64,000 nucleotides of DNA from Callorhinchus milii. Its lineage: Eukaryota. The stretch covers positions 70,744,001-70,808,000 of the forward strand of contig NW_024704743.1 of the NCBI RefSeq assembly GCF_018977255.1, written 5' to 3'. Both the position numbers and the translations under genes were made by a program. Positions 1 to 14,639 of the stretch are shown piece by piece (within the stretch, counting starts at the first letter, position 1; each line of letters starts with the position of its first letter). Below the pieces are notes generated by a model. It was not told the origin of the DNA. It did no database searches and was given only the letters and a program-made list of their open reading frames with translations.

Positions 1-254
1 GCAAGGATTATTAGGATTATTAATGACTCTTTGTTCTAACTGGAACCAGTTCAGGCAGTTTTTGATAGTCCACAATTTTTTTATTTTCCACTGGTGCCGA
101 AATGTATCAAGCTTTGTGGGTGATCTTATATTGGGGTTTTGCCATTATAACCTCATCCCCTACCCTCCCTCATTTGTACGATTTGAATGAGATCTCATTT
201 ATAGTGTATTACAAATGCCCTCTCCCACAACTCTTTCAAGGTCCATCTCACTCC

Positions 255-735
255 AACAACAATTTACATTTATACAATTTGTATAGGGTTTAACGCCCTT
301 CATGCCATTAGCATCTCGGAGCACTTAGCAATGAGGTGGTTTGACATTAAGATGGAAAGAGAGGGGAGGTGACTGAAGGCACGGTCAAAGAGGAAAATCT
401 TCAGATGTATTTTTGAGACAGGCAAAGAGGCAGCAAAGTCAGAGGATTAAGGCAGGGAGTTCCAGAAATTCAGGGCATAGCAGTTGAAATCATGACCGCC
501 AATTGTTGAGCGGAGGGAATGAGGGACATGCTGCAGACTTGAACCAGCTGAGTGAAGCTGACGGGAGCGGGATGTGTGAATATCATAGATGTAGCAAGAT
601 GCCAGGGCATGAAGTGATTTGAAAGTGAGAGGATCTTGAAAGCAATCTGTCCTCAACAGGGAGCCAGTGGAGCTGGCAAGAATTAGGGTGATGGGGAAGC
701 AGAGCCTGGTACAAGTAAAGACATATGCAGCAGAG
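255..735 (-). mobile_element. Old L2 3' fragment
   Basis: Minus ORF ..TIGGHDFNCYALNFWNSLP; caacaac tail. Confidence 0.75.
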
Positions 736-822
736 TTTTGTTTCACTTCCTCTTTGATTATCTTTCCTCTCCCTAACCCCTTCAGCTCCCACCTGTGCCA
801 AGTCAGGACTTTCAAATTCCTT

Positions 823-1075
823 ACAACAACAACAAGATTTCATTTATAGAGCATCTTTCATTTCGGGAGGACGTCCCAAGGCGCTGGACAATTGGGTCGG
901 GACCCGAGCAGGGGGGAAATGGTCAGGGTGAGGGGAGGGAAGGGAGGGAGCGAGGAGGGGGTAGAAAGTTGAGAGGGGACCTGAAGGCACGGTCGAAGAG
1001 AAAGGTCTTGAGACCGGCCTTGAAGGAGGAAAGGGAGGAAGCAAGGCGAAGGCACTGGGGGATGGAGTTCCTTAG
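823..1075 (-). mobile_element. Young L2 3' end
   Basis: Reverse complement of the 17185-17480 region; (caa)n tail. Confidence 0.9.
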
Positions 1076-2974
1076 GACATCCTCCTGACATGATACTGTA
1101 TAAATGTATTGAAACAGCATAGTGTTCATGTGTAGTCCCACTATTTCAATTATGGTATCATCAATTAATCATTTAACTTGCTTACCTTTAATTCTGAACT
1201 TGCTGTAGGTATACCAGCTGGCTAAATAGTTAAACGCACCACCATCTGGTGTGATACTGAACCAGGCACATCAGTAAGATCCCAGATCTAATCACAGGTC
1301 CGTGTTGTGTTTGCTTTTCTCAGCATTAGGACATTACAATTGGATTCTCTTGAGCTACGTGACAGAGAAAAATCTGTTTGGATTCTTATTTTTAACAACT
1401 AATCTATTTTGTTTTTGTCTTAATGCATTGATTTTCAGGCCAGGTGGTAGGAGAGAAAGAAATCTCCATAAAAAGTCCACAAATAGGTGAAATTTAAATT
1501 GTTTCCAAGCTTGATTTATTTCCCTTGGCTGTTTCTTTTGCAAACTTAAGCGCATGAAAGTCTTGTGCTGTTCCTCTCTTCAGGACAAAAGCACATTTGC
1601 AATTCTTCCATATTTTAGTCAACATGTGGCACTAACATGTGGCAACATGTGGAGAGCAGAAACGATTAGTTCTTTGGTAGACTTTTTTTGCATTTGTGGC
1701 TGATCATTTTAGATTAGGAATGGTGTAACTCTCAACATCAGCCAAGAAAGAGTCAATAGGGATATTTTGGCTGAGAGAGAACTTCAAGTAATCTAATATT
1801 GTATGCTGTAAGGAATTGCAGAATTGACAAAACATATTCGTTCCTAAGTATTTATGTTTACAATAAATGCACGTGTGGTGTAAAAACAGGGTCGATTGTT
1901 TCCTTTGAGTCATAGGAGAAGGAAATATAAAAAGACATTGCAGTAGAGCACTAGTAGCCAGATCAGGCTATCTGGTTTGGGTCAGCTGCATCTGGTTATT
2001 AATAATATTCATGAGCATGACCAATTTAAGAATTGATTTTCACTCACTGGATTTGTTCACTGGATAAGCAACTTTTAGTTGGGAAAGTCATCAACTCCTG
2101 ATTAAACATAAGCTCCAGTCACATCATTATTTCATCAACTTCATTGTGAGACTGTGTGTAATACTCTATCAATGACTCTTTTGAATTCTCTCAGTTAGGG
2201 TGTTTGTGCCCTTGTGTTACTTATTTCTAGCTTTATTCATTTAAATCTGTCTCTGTTAATAAATGCAGTTACTGTATTTGGCTAAAGTTCTTTTGTCAAG
2301 AGAATAATATTTCTGTTATCCGAATTAAGACAGCTCAGCAAAATCCCATTTGTCTAGCTTTCAGTATATCCTGTAACACCCTTACTTTTCCTGTCAAATC
2401 TGCATTCTGCCTTCTAGAGCAATGCATTCTACATTTCCACAACAATTGACATGAAAATTAGTTTGCTGATTTAATTTTTTAACCAGTTTAGCTTTAATGT
2501 TAAGATTATGCCCCTTTGTTTTGGATCTCTACTGGATCTTTATTGGAGGGAATAGATTGCTAAACCTTTATCAGGTTTAGTAATTTCCTTCATTGTTTTA
2601 ATCACCAGTCAGATCACCCCTCAACCTCCTTATAGATCTCGAGAATATAATCTATTCTCATCATAGATAAACTCCTTCATGTTAATCTGGTGAATTGTTA
2701 CCTGATCCCTTTCGTATAGGTTTACACTCCATTGCATATTGGGGGTATGCTGCATTGTGGAGGCGCCATTGTTTGGATGATACTTTAGACCATCTACCTT
2801 TTTGGATGGATATTAAAGATCCCATAATATGATTTGAAGAGAAGCAAATTTTTCACTGGTTTTCTAGCCAACGATCTAACAGATAAATTGATCATTTAGT
2901 TTGTGGCTGTTTGTGCAACTTTATTGTGCACAAATTGGCTGTTGTATTTGCTTACAGATGCACAGTTACTACAC

Positions 2975-3412
2975 TATCTCTCCCCCAGACTGCTGAGATT
3001 CTTTGCATGCCTTTATCACCTCCATGCTTCATAACTCAAATGCCCTGCTCCACTCCGGCCCACCCCAACAACCTCTACACCCTCCTGTAACTACTACCTT
3101 GGCTACTTTCTCCATTCACCAAAAGCAGCCTCTTTCATGTCTCTCACCTGCTATACCCCACCATCAGTGGGCGAGCCTTCAATCACTCTTTGCCCACTCC
3201 CTGGAACTCCATCCCAGAGTCCCTCCAGCTTGACCCCTCCCGTTCCTCCTTCCAAACCCCCCTTAAAACCTATTTCTTTGTAAGTACATTTGGTCCCCCT
3301 TTGCCACCACCCCATTCACCCCTCTCCCCAGCTTATGCTCTCACTCAGGTGTGTGAAGTCAGATGTTCTCCTGATGTGAAAAGTACAATATAAAGGCAAA
3401 TTAGTGTTGTTA
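2975..3412 (+). mobile_element. L2 3' fragment
   Basis: WNSIPESLQLDPSRSSFQTPLKTYFF; L2-type tail. Confidence 0.75.
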
Positions 3413-3431
3413 TCAGAAAATACATGTCAAG

Positions 3432-4695
3432 CATAGAATTACATAGAATATACAACACACAAACAGGCCATTCGACCCAACTGGTCTATGCTGGCATTTA
3501 TGCTCCACATGAGCCTCCTCCTGCCCTTGCTTAACTAAGCCTGACAGCATAACTTTTTATTCCTTTCACCCTCATGTACTTATCTAACTTCCCCTTAAAT
3601 GCATCTATGGTGTTCGCCTCAACTACTCCTTGTGGTTGCAAGTTCCACATTCCCACCAGTCTCTGGGTAAAGAAGTTTCTTCTGACTTCCCTATTTGATT
3701 TATTGGTGACTATTTTATATTTATGGCCCCTGGTTTTGGTCTTCCCCACAAGTGGAAACATCTTCTCTATGTCTACCCTATCAAAACCTTTCAGAATTTT
3801 AAAGACCTCTATTAGGTGACCCCTCAACCTTCTTATTTCAGGAGACGATAATCCAAACTTGTTCAGCCTTTCCTGATAGGTATAACCTCTCAGTTCCAGT
3901 ATTATCTTTGTAAATCTCCTTTGCACCTTCTCCTGTGCCTCCATATCCTTTTTGTAATATGGGGACACGAACTGTGCATAGTACTCCAAGTGTGGTCTAA
4001 CCAAGGTTCAATATAAGTTTACCATAACTTTCCTGTTTTTCATTTCTATCCCTCTAGAAATGAACCCCAATGCCTGTTTTGCTTTTTTATGGCTTTATTA
4101 ACCTGCGTCACTACTTTTAGCGATTTGTGTATTTGTACCCCTAGATCCCTTTGCTCCTCTACCCCATTTAGATTCTTATTTTCCAGACAGTATGTGACCT
4201 CTTTAGTCCTCCTACCAAAATGTACCACCTCACACTTATCTATATTGAAGTTAAATGGCCAATTAAGTGCCCTTTCAGTAAGTTTATTAATGTCTTGTAA
4301 TTTGTTGCAGTCCTCCTCAGTATTAACTATACCTCCCAATTTGGTGTCATCTGCAAGTTTTGAAATTGTACTTTCGATTTCCGAGTCCAAATCGTTAATG
4401 TAAATTGTGACCAACAGTGGTCCCACTACCGATCCTTGTGGAACACCACTTCCCAACCTCTGTCAGTCTGAGTAGCTACTCTTTACTCCTAATCTCTGTT
4501 TTCTGTCTTGTAGCCAGTTTGCTATCCATTCTGCTACTTTTCTCCTGATTCCACATGCTCTGACCCTATTCATTTGTCTATTATGTGGTACCTTATCAAA
4601 CACCTTTTGGAAATCCAAATATATTACATCTACTGCTTTACCCTTGTGTGCTCTTTCTATTACCACTTCAAACATTCCAATTAGGTTAGTCAAGC
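3432..4695 (-). mobile_element. CR1 LINE, 5'-truncated (RT C-terminus and 3' UTR)
   Basis: ORFs VDVIYLDFQKVFDKVPH, SGVPQGSVVGPLL..LADDTKLGG, VRPHLEYYAQF..RLRGHLIEVFKI; (ttctat)-type tail. Confidence 0.95.
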
Positions 4696-5074
4696 ACTTT
4701 GAGATGTTTCAACATTATAGGCACTATATCAGAAGGAAGCATCATTATGATTCTTTATAACGCTGGGCACCCAAACCTGAGCACAGTACTCTAAATGAGG
4801 TGTGACCAGGGCTGCACACAACTCTACTCAACAGCAACAGCCCTTCATTACCTTTCTCCTTAATGGACAGGGAAGAGAGAAAGTAGATGGTTCTCTCTGG
4901 CTCCCTCGGCTGAACTGATTCCAAAGGGATATGATGGACAAAACTATTATTGAAAATGGAAAAATAATAGTAACAATCCTTGCAGTTGGTATAATGCTTT
5001 TCAATTCAGGGCTTCCCAAAGCACTTCACAAGATATGTTGTAAAGTGGAGTGACTGCGTGTTTTGTGGACAAAT

Positions 5075-5590
5075 GCAGTAATAATAATAATCCTTGCATT
5101 TGATATTGCACTGATAATATTGAGAACACCTTAAAGCACTTTAGAAAGTTTTTGTGAAATCTAATGACTGAGGAACTGGAGCTGAATGAAGCAGGCAATT
5201 TGTGCACATCAATGTCCCACAAACAGCCAGGAAGTGAATGACTAATTTAATCTGGAGAATTATTGGCCAAAATACCAGGAAAAACTGCTTTCTCTTTTCA
5301 AAGAGTGCCATGGTATCTATAATAATCACCTGAATAGAGAATGGAAGATTGGTTGAACATCGCATCCGAAGGACAGTACCTCTGTAGTGTCAACCTAGCC
5401 TGTGAGGAAAAGTAATAATTTGGTCACTCAGTCCATGACTGTGGGACACTTGCTGTGCGTAATTGGTTGCCGCGTTTCGCCCACAAAATATACAGTCAAT
5501 TCACTTTTACAGTATATTCTGTGAAGCGCTTTGAGACATCTTGAAGACATGATAAGGCGCTATATCAAATGCAAGAATTATTATTATGTT
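5075..5590. mobile_element. Two DeuSINE fragments in opposite orientation (- 5075-5395, + 5405-5588)
   Basis: Deu and tail motifs present on both strands. Confidence 0.75.
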
Positions 5591-5949
5591 AAAGTATTTA
5601 TTTAATATCAAAGTTTTCTCAAATAATCTGCCAACTGTATATGAATGAACAAATAGATCACATTAACAATGCAATGTTGAGTCATTGGTAGAACCCAGAT
5701 ATCACTGTAGAAAAGAAACATTATCAAAAAATTATACTCTGAGTTAACTTATGTAGATGGCAGATGAGAATGTAGTGCAGGAGAATTTGAATGGTTTACA
5801 GAGGCGTATATGCCATTCTTCAGTGTAATATGCACAAAATAATTGTAACTCTAATAGCTGATTTTTTTGCTGATGATTAATTATAAGTATATTAATAAGG
5901 TTCTTAATTATTACAGCAGCTTCCTCTAATCTCCCCCTTCTCTATAAAA

Positions 5950-6180
5950 TATATAGAATCATAGAATCTTACAGCACAGAAGGAGTCCATTCGGTCCATC
6001 GTTCCTGTGCCTGCTCTTTGAAAAGCTATCCAATTAGTACCACTCCCCAGTCTTACCCTGTAGCCCTGAATTTTTTTTCTTTTCAAGTATATATCCAATT
6101 CTCTATTTTTATATGCAGAGATTTTACCTGGAAATCTAGACAGCAAAGTGTATTCTAAATATCTAAATCCATGCGTAAAA
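5950..6180 (-). mobile_element. CR1 3' UTR fragment
   Basis: atagaatcatagaatcttacagcacagaaggag...ccattcggtccatc tail motif. Confidence 0.75.
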
Positions 6181-6512
6181 CTCTGTTAAAAATACTTGAA
6201 TCTGGGCAGAAACTGAAGTTCACTGAGAGAGAGTTGATGCTTTTAGCAGCAGATTAAGAGATGGGTTATGATCTCCAAAAGTAAATGGCACAAAGATTCA
6301 CGTTGAAGTTGAATTTCAATTAAGTTTTTTCTAACCTCCGGGAGGTTGGGGTGAAAGAGGTAAGCTGGGTATTCTAGGAGCTAAACTGGCTCCAAGGTGA
6401 CATGCTTGACAATGGAATGTCAGAACCAAATTTATTACAGCAACAACAACCACAATTTGTGCTCTTCACCCAGGGTGGCATCTCAAAATGTTAAATTTCA
6501 ATACAATGTTCT

Positions 6513-6903
6513 TAATAATAATAATAATAATGCTTGCATTTTGCTTGCTTGGATAGGGTTGCATTTGATATCACATCTTCAAAAAGTCTCAAAGCATTTC
6601 AAGGAATATACTGTAAAGTGAATTGACTGTATATTTTGAAGGTGAAACGCAGCAGCCAATTTGCTCACAGCTGTGTCCCACAAACAGTCGTGGATTGAGT
6701 GACCACATTTTTATTATTATTTGTTTTTTGAAGGGATTATTACCCCTGGAAAAGCGATCGACTAAAGGGTTCCCACTTACTACTGGGTAAACAGACGGTG
6801 TAGGGTAAGGAAACTTGCCTAATGTTTCACCTTGCCTGGGAATCGAACCCAGGCCCCCCAGCTTGCAAGGCGAGTGCTCTAACCAATACGCTACAGGACT
6901 CCA
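6513..6903 (-). mobile_element. tRNA-headed DeuSINE, long variant
   Basis: Ends gctacaggactcca (reverse of the head); (taa)n tail. Confidence 0.85.
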
Positions 6904-7714
6904 TTTAAGGCTGACACCATGAGATTTTTGAAACTTCTGATGCATTGAAGGTGGATATGGTGCACCAGGGACTAAAGGATGGGTTAAAGTGGTTCTAATC
7001 TTAAGGAATGAATTTAGTCATCATTGGTCAGTAAGACTGACATTAGTAAATAGTAACATATTTGAGAGCATTAGATGGGATACTATCCAAATCTTTGAAT
7101 GAAACTGAATGTGATTAATGAAAGTAGTTTTGGATTTAGGAGTGGGGGATTAGGCAGGACGAGTCTTTTGGGAACCTCGCATTAAGTCACTGCAACAAAT
7201 TCAGTGGATGTTAATGCATCAAAATGTTCAAAAGGCATGTTGTAAGCACTTGAAGAGTTTGGAGATTGAAATAAATTAGTGGACCGTGGTAAATTGAATA
7301 AAATATTGAGTAGACAACGGAAATAAAGGACGTTATCAATGGGCACTATTGCTATTCGACCATAAATAGGCAGTCAATTCACTTTACAGCATATTCTGTG
7401 AAGTGCTTTGAGATGTCTAGAAGACGTGAAAAGCGCTACATCAAATGCAAGGATTATTATTATTATTATTATTATTAAAAAGGGAGCAATGTTAAGTAAT
7501 AATCCAAACTGACTGGGAATTGATTTGTGACATTATATTTAGAATGTTTGAATGTGGTTTAAATGAGGCACTTAAGAGCTGAATTCTGTTCGCTGATTAT
7601 AGTTACCTATGTAGAAAGTCAAAATGTAAGACTTTTTCAGGTGAATTTAAAATAATAATAATAGTTGCATTTGATGTAGTATCTTATCACATGAAACTCA
7701 AAGTACTTCACAGA

Positions 7715-7950
7715 AATAGAATAATATGGCACAGAAATAGGCCATTAGGCCTGTTTGTCCATGTTGGTTGTTCTTACTCTACACAAGTCTCCACCCTATC
7801 TATTCCCTTCTCCTGTAGCCTTCTATTCCCTTCTCCTTCACACATGCATCAAGGTTCCTCATAAACACATTGATGCTTTTTGCTTGAACCACAGCTTCCA
7901 GCAGTGAGTTCTACTTTCTCACTACCCCTTAAGTAAAGAAGTTCCTCCTA
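7715..7950 (-). mobile_element. CR1 3' fragment
   Basis: ggcacagaaataggccattaggcc...gtaaagaagttcctcct, similar to 3450-3680. Confidence 0.7.
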
Positions 7951-7951
7951 T

Positions 7952-8290
7952 ACAACAACAACACCAGCTTGCACTTATATAGCGCTCTCTATGCCGGGCG
8001 GCGTCTCAAAGCACTTAACAATGGTTGAGTCCAAGGCCGAGCCAGGGGGAGCGGGAAGGTGACTACAGACACAGTAGAAAAGGAGGGTCTTCAGGCGTGA
8101 CCTGAAGATGGGGAAGGAGGGGGCGAGATGAAGGGGTTGAGGGAGAGAGTTCCAAAGTTTCGGGGGTAGTGACTGAAGGCACGGCCACCAATGATGGAGC
8201 GGAGAATTCGGGGGATGAGGAGAAGGCCGGACGCAGCGGAGTGGAAGCAGCGGGTACTGCTGTGGGGAAAGAGTAGGTTAGAGAGAGGTT
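7952..8290 (-). mobile_element. L2 3' fragment
   Basis: acaacaacaac..cttgcacttatatagcgc tail; similar to 45480-45750. Confidence 0.8.
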
Positions 8291-8362
8291 AGACCTAAAT
8301 GCATTTTAAATCTAATACAGGGTATCATATTTATATATTAAATTGATCTTATTGGTATCAGT

Positions 8363-8555
8363 CTGGCTCAGTTGGTAGCACTCTTGCCTCTAAGTCAGAA
8401 CACTATGGGTTTAATTCCCACATTGGAATTTTGCCTTCACTTAGTTTTCTCCAGTGTAGTGTCGGGGTGGGGGGGGAATGCTGCACTGTTGCAGGTTATT
8501 AAATTAGGTTCTTGTCTGTCTGTTCAGGGAGACATTAAAGAACCCATAGTTTCCT
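8363..8555 (+). mobile_element. Older DeuSINE 5' half
   Basis: tggctcagttggtagcactcttgcctctaagtcagaa head. Confidence 0.7.
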
Positions 8556-10254
8556 ACACTAAACAAATGGCTGATTTCTGAGTTATCAGGACGCCACCAA
8601 TTTCATCTCCATTTTGCTCATGTGCAGAACACAGGAAGTGATGTTTGGTGACTAGATGACAAGGAATTATTTTTTCCTTTTAAGCACTCTGAAATGCTAT
8701 CCCGGTTGAAAGGCTCTTTATACATGCAAATTGTTGTTGTTCAGTGTGGGATCCAGACAACGTGCAGGAAGCTGTACTACATTTTATGAATCCCAAACAC
8801 TTTGTTGTAATGAGGCCGCACTTCAACTAGTTTCAGGGTAAAATATGTAAATATTAAATCTTGCATTTGTTACGATGCCTCATCATATCAAAATGTATCA
8901 AAGCACTTCACATGAGTTACCTTGAAGTTATTTGGGCCATAGGAGAATTGGTAGCACAGCCTATACTGCACTTTTATCCGTAGGTCAAAGAGCAGTGGAT
9001 ACAAGTGGCAATTGAGACAGATTGAGCACATGAGAGCTTAGATTGAATGAAAATGTGCAAATGTATGTATTAACCACATTAATCATATTAACCACTTTGT
9101 TGCTTAAATTGAGTAATAAATTTCCATGAATTATAGTAATAACTTGCTCGAACCCATTCAAGTAGGCGAATGTTGCATAACTGGATGCACAAAAGTGTTT
9201 TAATTACCTGGAAAGACATCTTTAACATTGCTTACCTGCATCAATACTTTTAGCCATTTAGACCCCATGCTGGAGTAGTAGTCCATAATACTCTATCTAT
9301 AGTTGAAAAGAGAAGGAAGTTTCTCCCACCATCCTGGTCAATAATCCTCCAGATAAAATGAATCATTCATTCATTGTTCACTGCATAAATTTATAAATAC
9401 AGTCACACATTATAGAAAAAACTGAAGCATTTTGAGACATTACACAACCTACATTCAGGATATAGAAAATGTTCTTGAACACAAGGTTTTCAATTTGCAG
9501 AATAATACCTGATTCCATTCTCCCTACAGTTAGCAAACGTAACTTTGCACATAACAAAGAAGTGAGAGTGAGTTTGTGTGAAAGAGAGAATGAGCGATTT
9601 CATATTTGTTTCCCTTGTTTAATAATCCGTGAGACTGGCTATGTGTAATAGGACATATGATATTATATATTATGAATATAAAACTCAAAGTATGAGTCTG
9701 TAATAATAGGTCAAAATTTATGCTGTTTATTAAATTGTTTCTTGAGTTACAGTAGAGCCTTATTATAACATAGTATTTGAGATCTATAAAATCCAACGCA
9801 TTCTATAATAGCCGGTGTGATACTAGCTTTGACTTCACATGTGTAGAGCTGGCAACCTACTCACTGAACGCTGACTGGTTCCTGCACTAAAATAAAAATG
9901 ACCACCTTCCAGGTTATACCAATATCACTTCCTGTTTGTTGGGCATATACTTGCCAGGAAGTGATTCGGTTGACTGAAAATCAACCAGTTTAGTGTGAAA
10001 GCTGGCCAATGGTCAGTCCAGCTGTGTGTATGTGCAGTGAATGGGATCTACAGTCCAATCATATTCTGATCGACCTTGCGCTTTAATGAAGTGTGTTATA
10101 ACAGCCTGCACTACAAAACAAAGTGCATGTTGAGCTATAACACAAACATTGTTCTCTTATATCTGAATAGTTCTGTAAGAGTTTCAGGTAGGTCGTATTG
10201 CTGTCTGCAATCTATAACAAGCAAAGTGCCCTCAGGATAGTAACATCTGCATTT

Positions 10255-10540
10255 CATGCCACACCATTGGCGGTTGGGCATTCAGCATCTCCAGTATCCC
10301 ACACTCTGGAACTCTATCACCCAATCACTCAGCCTCACCCTGTCTCTTGCCTTCTACAAATCCTGTCTGAAGACCTTCCTCTTCGACCATGCCTTCGATT
10401 GCCCTCCCACCCCACCTCCTCTGCCCTCCTCCCCTTCTGATCTCAGCTCCCAACTCAGGTCCAAAAACCCCTGATTGTCCAGTGCCCCAGGATGTCTTTC
10501 TGACGTGAAGGGCGCTATACAAGTGCAATTTGTTGTTGTC
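10255..10540 (+). mobile_element. L2 3' fragment
   Basis: LWNSITQSLSLTLSLAFYKSCLKTFLFD; (ttg)n tail. Confidence 0.8.
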
Positions 10541-12124
10541 TCCCTGCAGAAATTAACATCTGAAGCAGGAATTGGGGAGGTTAGGGAAGTTAGGATGAAT
10601 TTGAAAGGCAGTTGCTTGGAATCTTTTGATCACTCATTTTTAGCAGCCTATTTGAATGCCATAATGAAAAGTATTTGCAGTAATTATACCCTGAGGATAT
10701 CATAATATCCAGTCATAATAAAATCCTGGGGATATTATTTAAAGAACCATATTAAATGTAGCATCTCGGCAAGGATTACAGCCTTAGTGCAGAAATCCCA
10801 TCAGAGCAATAAACGGAAGCCTACATTACGTCCATAATCCTCCACAGCCTTTCTATTTTTTCTATTTTAAGAAAGAAAACCATCTTAAAAATCACACTTG
10901 TTCTAATTATACCCTCAGGATATTCCAGTGGTCTGTGGTATTTGAAATGATCCCACGTGGCAGCCTCTACATAAATTACTCCCTACATCATCACTTTTTC
11001 ATTTTGCCAACAGGGCTCTAAGCTTCTTCAGCCCATAGTGTCCAAATTTCATCAAATTGTATCAGAATTATTTGATCAAATGCATGCAGCATTTCATTTA
11101 TGAAACGTAAATCTGATTTATTGATAATAATTAAAATGCAACTCCTTGCATTTGATATAGCGCCTTATCACATCGTTGAGATGTCTCAATTTATTATGAA
11201 ATATGAGCGGTGCCCAGATGTGATGGTGATTGTATCATTTATAATGCATTTAAAACAGATGCATCTTCAGTTGAATGTTACTACTATGTTTCATTCAACA
11301 TACATGAACGACTCTTCCTAAACACAAGGAAATCTTTGATGCAGCAATCCTTCTACTTACAAAGAAGTTTGACTGATGAGATCTGTGGAATCAATTAAAA
11401 AAAAGCTTATCCCGCTGTGGTTTGTGGTCTAACTAATAGAGCATAATCTCAACAAGAAGAAAGTTTACAAGTGTCAAAGAATATCATCCTTGGGATTTTC
11501 CACAGTTAAATCTCACTGTTGCAGAATTCAGTGCCATTTCAGAAAATCCATTACTGCAAACTCAGTGCAAATACATTAACCTGAGAGTATTAATATACAA
11601 ACATAACAAATCCACTGAGCTTTAAACTTATTAAATATTTTTGCTGCTGTAAACTGGGAAGCTATATTGTGATTGGTACCAGGATCAATTTGCCCAAGAA
11701 TCAAATTTAAGCTTTCTAACCTGTTGGTTGATGTTTCTGACTGGCCAAATAAGGATTTTTTAAAAGTATTTTTCTCATTGATCAGACTTTCTATTAGCCA
11801 TGTGAAATTTATTTCCAAAATTGTGCAGTATAGTGGTTATTTAGCTAGGACCAGTCAACGTTTAATTCATATTAGGTTACAAGAGGAAACTGAGATAAAT
11901 ATCTAAAAAGTTATCACATGACAATACTTATCACTTCGAATCCTTATAAAATTGTAAATTTCACACCCATATTGGTTACAATGCAGGGTGGTAACACATT
12001 GAATACTTGTAAAGTATTATGATTATTATCATTATAATGCAACAGCAAGTAAACAAGAATCAGAAAGCTGTTCTAGAAAGGGTTTGCCCAGTGCAACTGA
12101 TCAACGTTTTTATAGAACACTGTG

Positions 12125-12295
12125 GTGGGTCCTAGCTGGACAAGCAGAGCGAGACTTGCCAGACAATCTTTCAATAGCAAGCTATGCAGTTTTAAGTTAA
12201 AATCTAGCAGTACCACAATATACACTCTGAGCTCCCCAAGCCTTGGGTCTTGCTGAACAAAATACTTTCCAGAATTAGTTAAGAAAGATGCTTCC
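12125..12295 (+). mobile_element. 3' fragment of the unusual LINE family
   Basis: ggtcctagctggacaagcag...cttgccagaca...gcaagctatgcagtttt, matching 25638-25710. Confidence 0.6.
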
Positions 12296-12299
12296 TTCA

Positions 12300-13385
12300 G
12301 TTTCCTCCAGTCCCCGCACTGTCACATCTCAGGAATCTATCCTTGGCCCTCTCCTCTTTAATATCTATATGCTCCCCTATTGGTGACATCATCTGCAGAC
12401 ATGGGGTCAACTTTCATATGTATGCGGATGACACTCAACTCTATCTTTCTGCCTCCACCCTCAACTCCAGGACCACTGCTGTCCTGACAGACTGCCTGTC
12501 GGACATCAAGTCCTGGATGAGGGCAAATTTCCTTCAGTTGAATGTGAACAAGACTGAGGCCCTCCTGATTGGCTCACGCCAGCACCTCAGCACCTCAGGC
12601 TCTGGCAGCATCAACATCCACGGTTGCACTTCACAACTCACCGCCAGTCAGGAACCTCGGTGTCTTGTTCGACCCTCAACTGTCTTTTCTTCCCCACATC
12701 CAAGCCATGACCCGCTCTGCCTTCCCTCACATCCGTAACATCGCCCGACTCCACCACTACCTCACCCCTCAGGCCACTGAAACTCTTGTTCATGTCTTCA
12801 TCACCTCCAGGCTCGACTATGCAAAGGCCCTGCTTGTCGGCCTTCCCAACTCCTCCCTCCAGACTGCAGATAATCCAGAACTCTGCAGCCCCTGTCCTCT
12901 CCCGCACCAAACTCTGTGACCCCATCTCCCCCATTCTCGCCCGACTCCATTGGCTCCCTATCCTTTAGAGGATCCAGTTCAAGATCCTGTGCCTCACCTA
13001 CAAAGCCCTCCATGGTCTTGCCCCACCCTACCTCTGTGACCTCCTTATCCCCTAACAACCCGCCTGCTCCCTCTGCTCAGCCGGCTCTGGCCTGCTCCAC
13101 GTCCCCGACCCACCCGCCCCACCATTGGAGGGAGAGCCTTCAGCCAATCTGCCCCCAACCTCTGGAATTCCATCCCCCAGTCACTCCGCCTCGCCCCTCC
13201 TTAGCCTCCTTCAAGTCCCGCCTCAAGACCCTCCTCTTCGACCTTGCCATCGGCCACCTCCTTTCCCCTCCCTTCTTCCCCACTGATCCCAGCTTGGGTC
13301 TGAAATGCTATACACTGTCCAGCGTCTTGGGATGTCCTCCCGACGTGAAAGGCGCTATACAAATGTAATCTTGTTGTTGTTGTTC
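12300..13385 (+). mobile_element. L2 LINE, 5'-truncated, with RT YADD motif
   Basis: HGVNFHMYADDTQLYLS..DIKSWMRANFLQLNVNKTE, RLHWLP; tail gacgtgaaaggcgctatacaaatg(ttg)n. Confidence 0.95.
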
Positions 13386-14639
13386 CTTATGAGAAAAGAG
13401 TGTACATTCCATTCCAAACATGGGAATTTCCACATGTTCCACAAATGGAATTCTTAAGCATGGTAATGGGTTTCATACACGTCAGACACCCATTTTGCGG
13501 GAAAAATGCGGCAGCCAATTTGTAAAGCAATACTTCCTGGTGTCTGTCCTTCACAACCCTGAACTTTTGCCCTCTCTTCCTGCTGTTTTTACCTATCTCA
13601 AAGTTTTGTACAGCATTTAAATTCTAAGCATTTTCTAAATATTCATAAAGACCTCTCTGAGATATGTCTTTTGTTATTGAAAAACTCTAGTTTATCTCGA
13701 CATTCCTCAAAGCTCATCCTGCTAATACTGAGGATCAGCTTTGTTGCTCTCCTCTGCACTGCGTCTAGAGCCTGGGTGGCCGCCTTATGTTATGATGACC
13801 AGAACTGTATGCAATGCTCCAGGTACGACTGCCAAGATCAGTGTACAATCTGAATATGGGGATCTGAACTCAGTGAGTTTGGCAATGTAATCCAACATCT
13901 TATACAGTGCGTTGACATACTGTGTCTATTTCCTTCAAGGGATTACAATAATTTATGTTTGGATAATTACAAAGCACAAGAGCAATAATTTTGACCTGAC
14001 CCACTAGATTTAGTTAAAAATAATTTAAGTGAAAGAAAAAATGTACAACTTGAATGGATGCCATTACTCTATTGAATAATGTTGCCTTTAAGAAAATCTC
14101 ATCTTATTTTATCGAGCATAAAAGCGATAGAATAATGAGCCCTAGTGTCATGGCAGAATACGTTCCCATGGAGATATGCAACATGAATCCAATTTGCTTC
14201 AACTTTGCTGTAACAAGATTTACCTTTAAATTGTCCAATAAAATGGCATTTAAAAATGATAAACAGAACTAAATTAGATCTTTCTATGACATAAACTGTA
14301 ATAAATTATTCAAAATGAGTAAGGACTAGGATATTGTAGAGGCACAGCATTCTAAAATGTCATCGCTGTGTCTCTGAAACACACTGGTATGATGTAGGGC
14401 AAAGTGGACCTGTTGCAGCTTGTCCTGTTTACAAGACTGGATCAGGAGAGTGTATCTATTTACAGAACACATGCAGCCCAAATATATTCCATTCTTTGTC
14501 TACAAAATACTCAGTCACTACACATTACAGTAAGTACTGCAAAGGGCTTTTAATGCCCCCACCCGATTGAAAATCACTATATTAAATGCAAGGGTTATTA
14601 TTAGCAGTATTATTAATGATAAGATTAATATAATTATTC

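Noticed and set aside
1621..1652. Triple aacatgtgg (E-box) repeat
   Set aside because: Most simply a short slippage duplication; no regulatory evidence.
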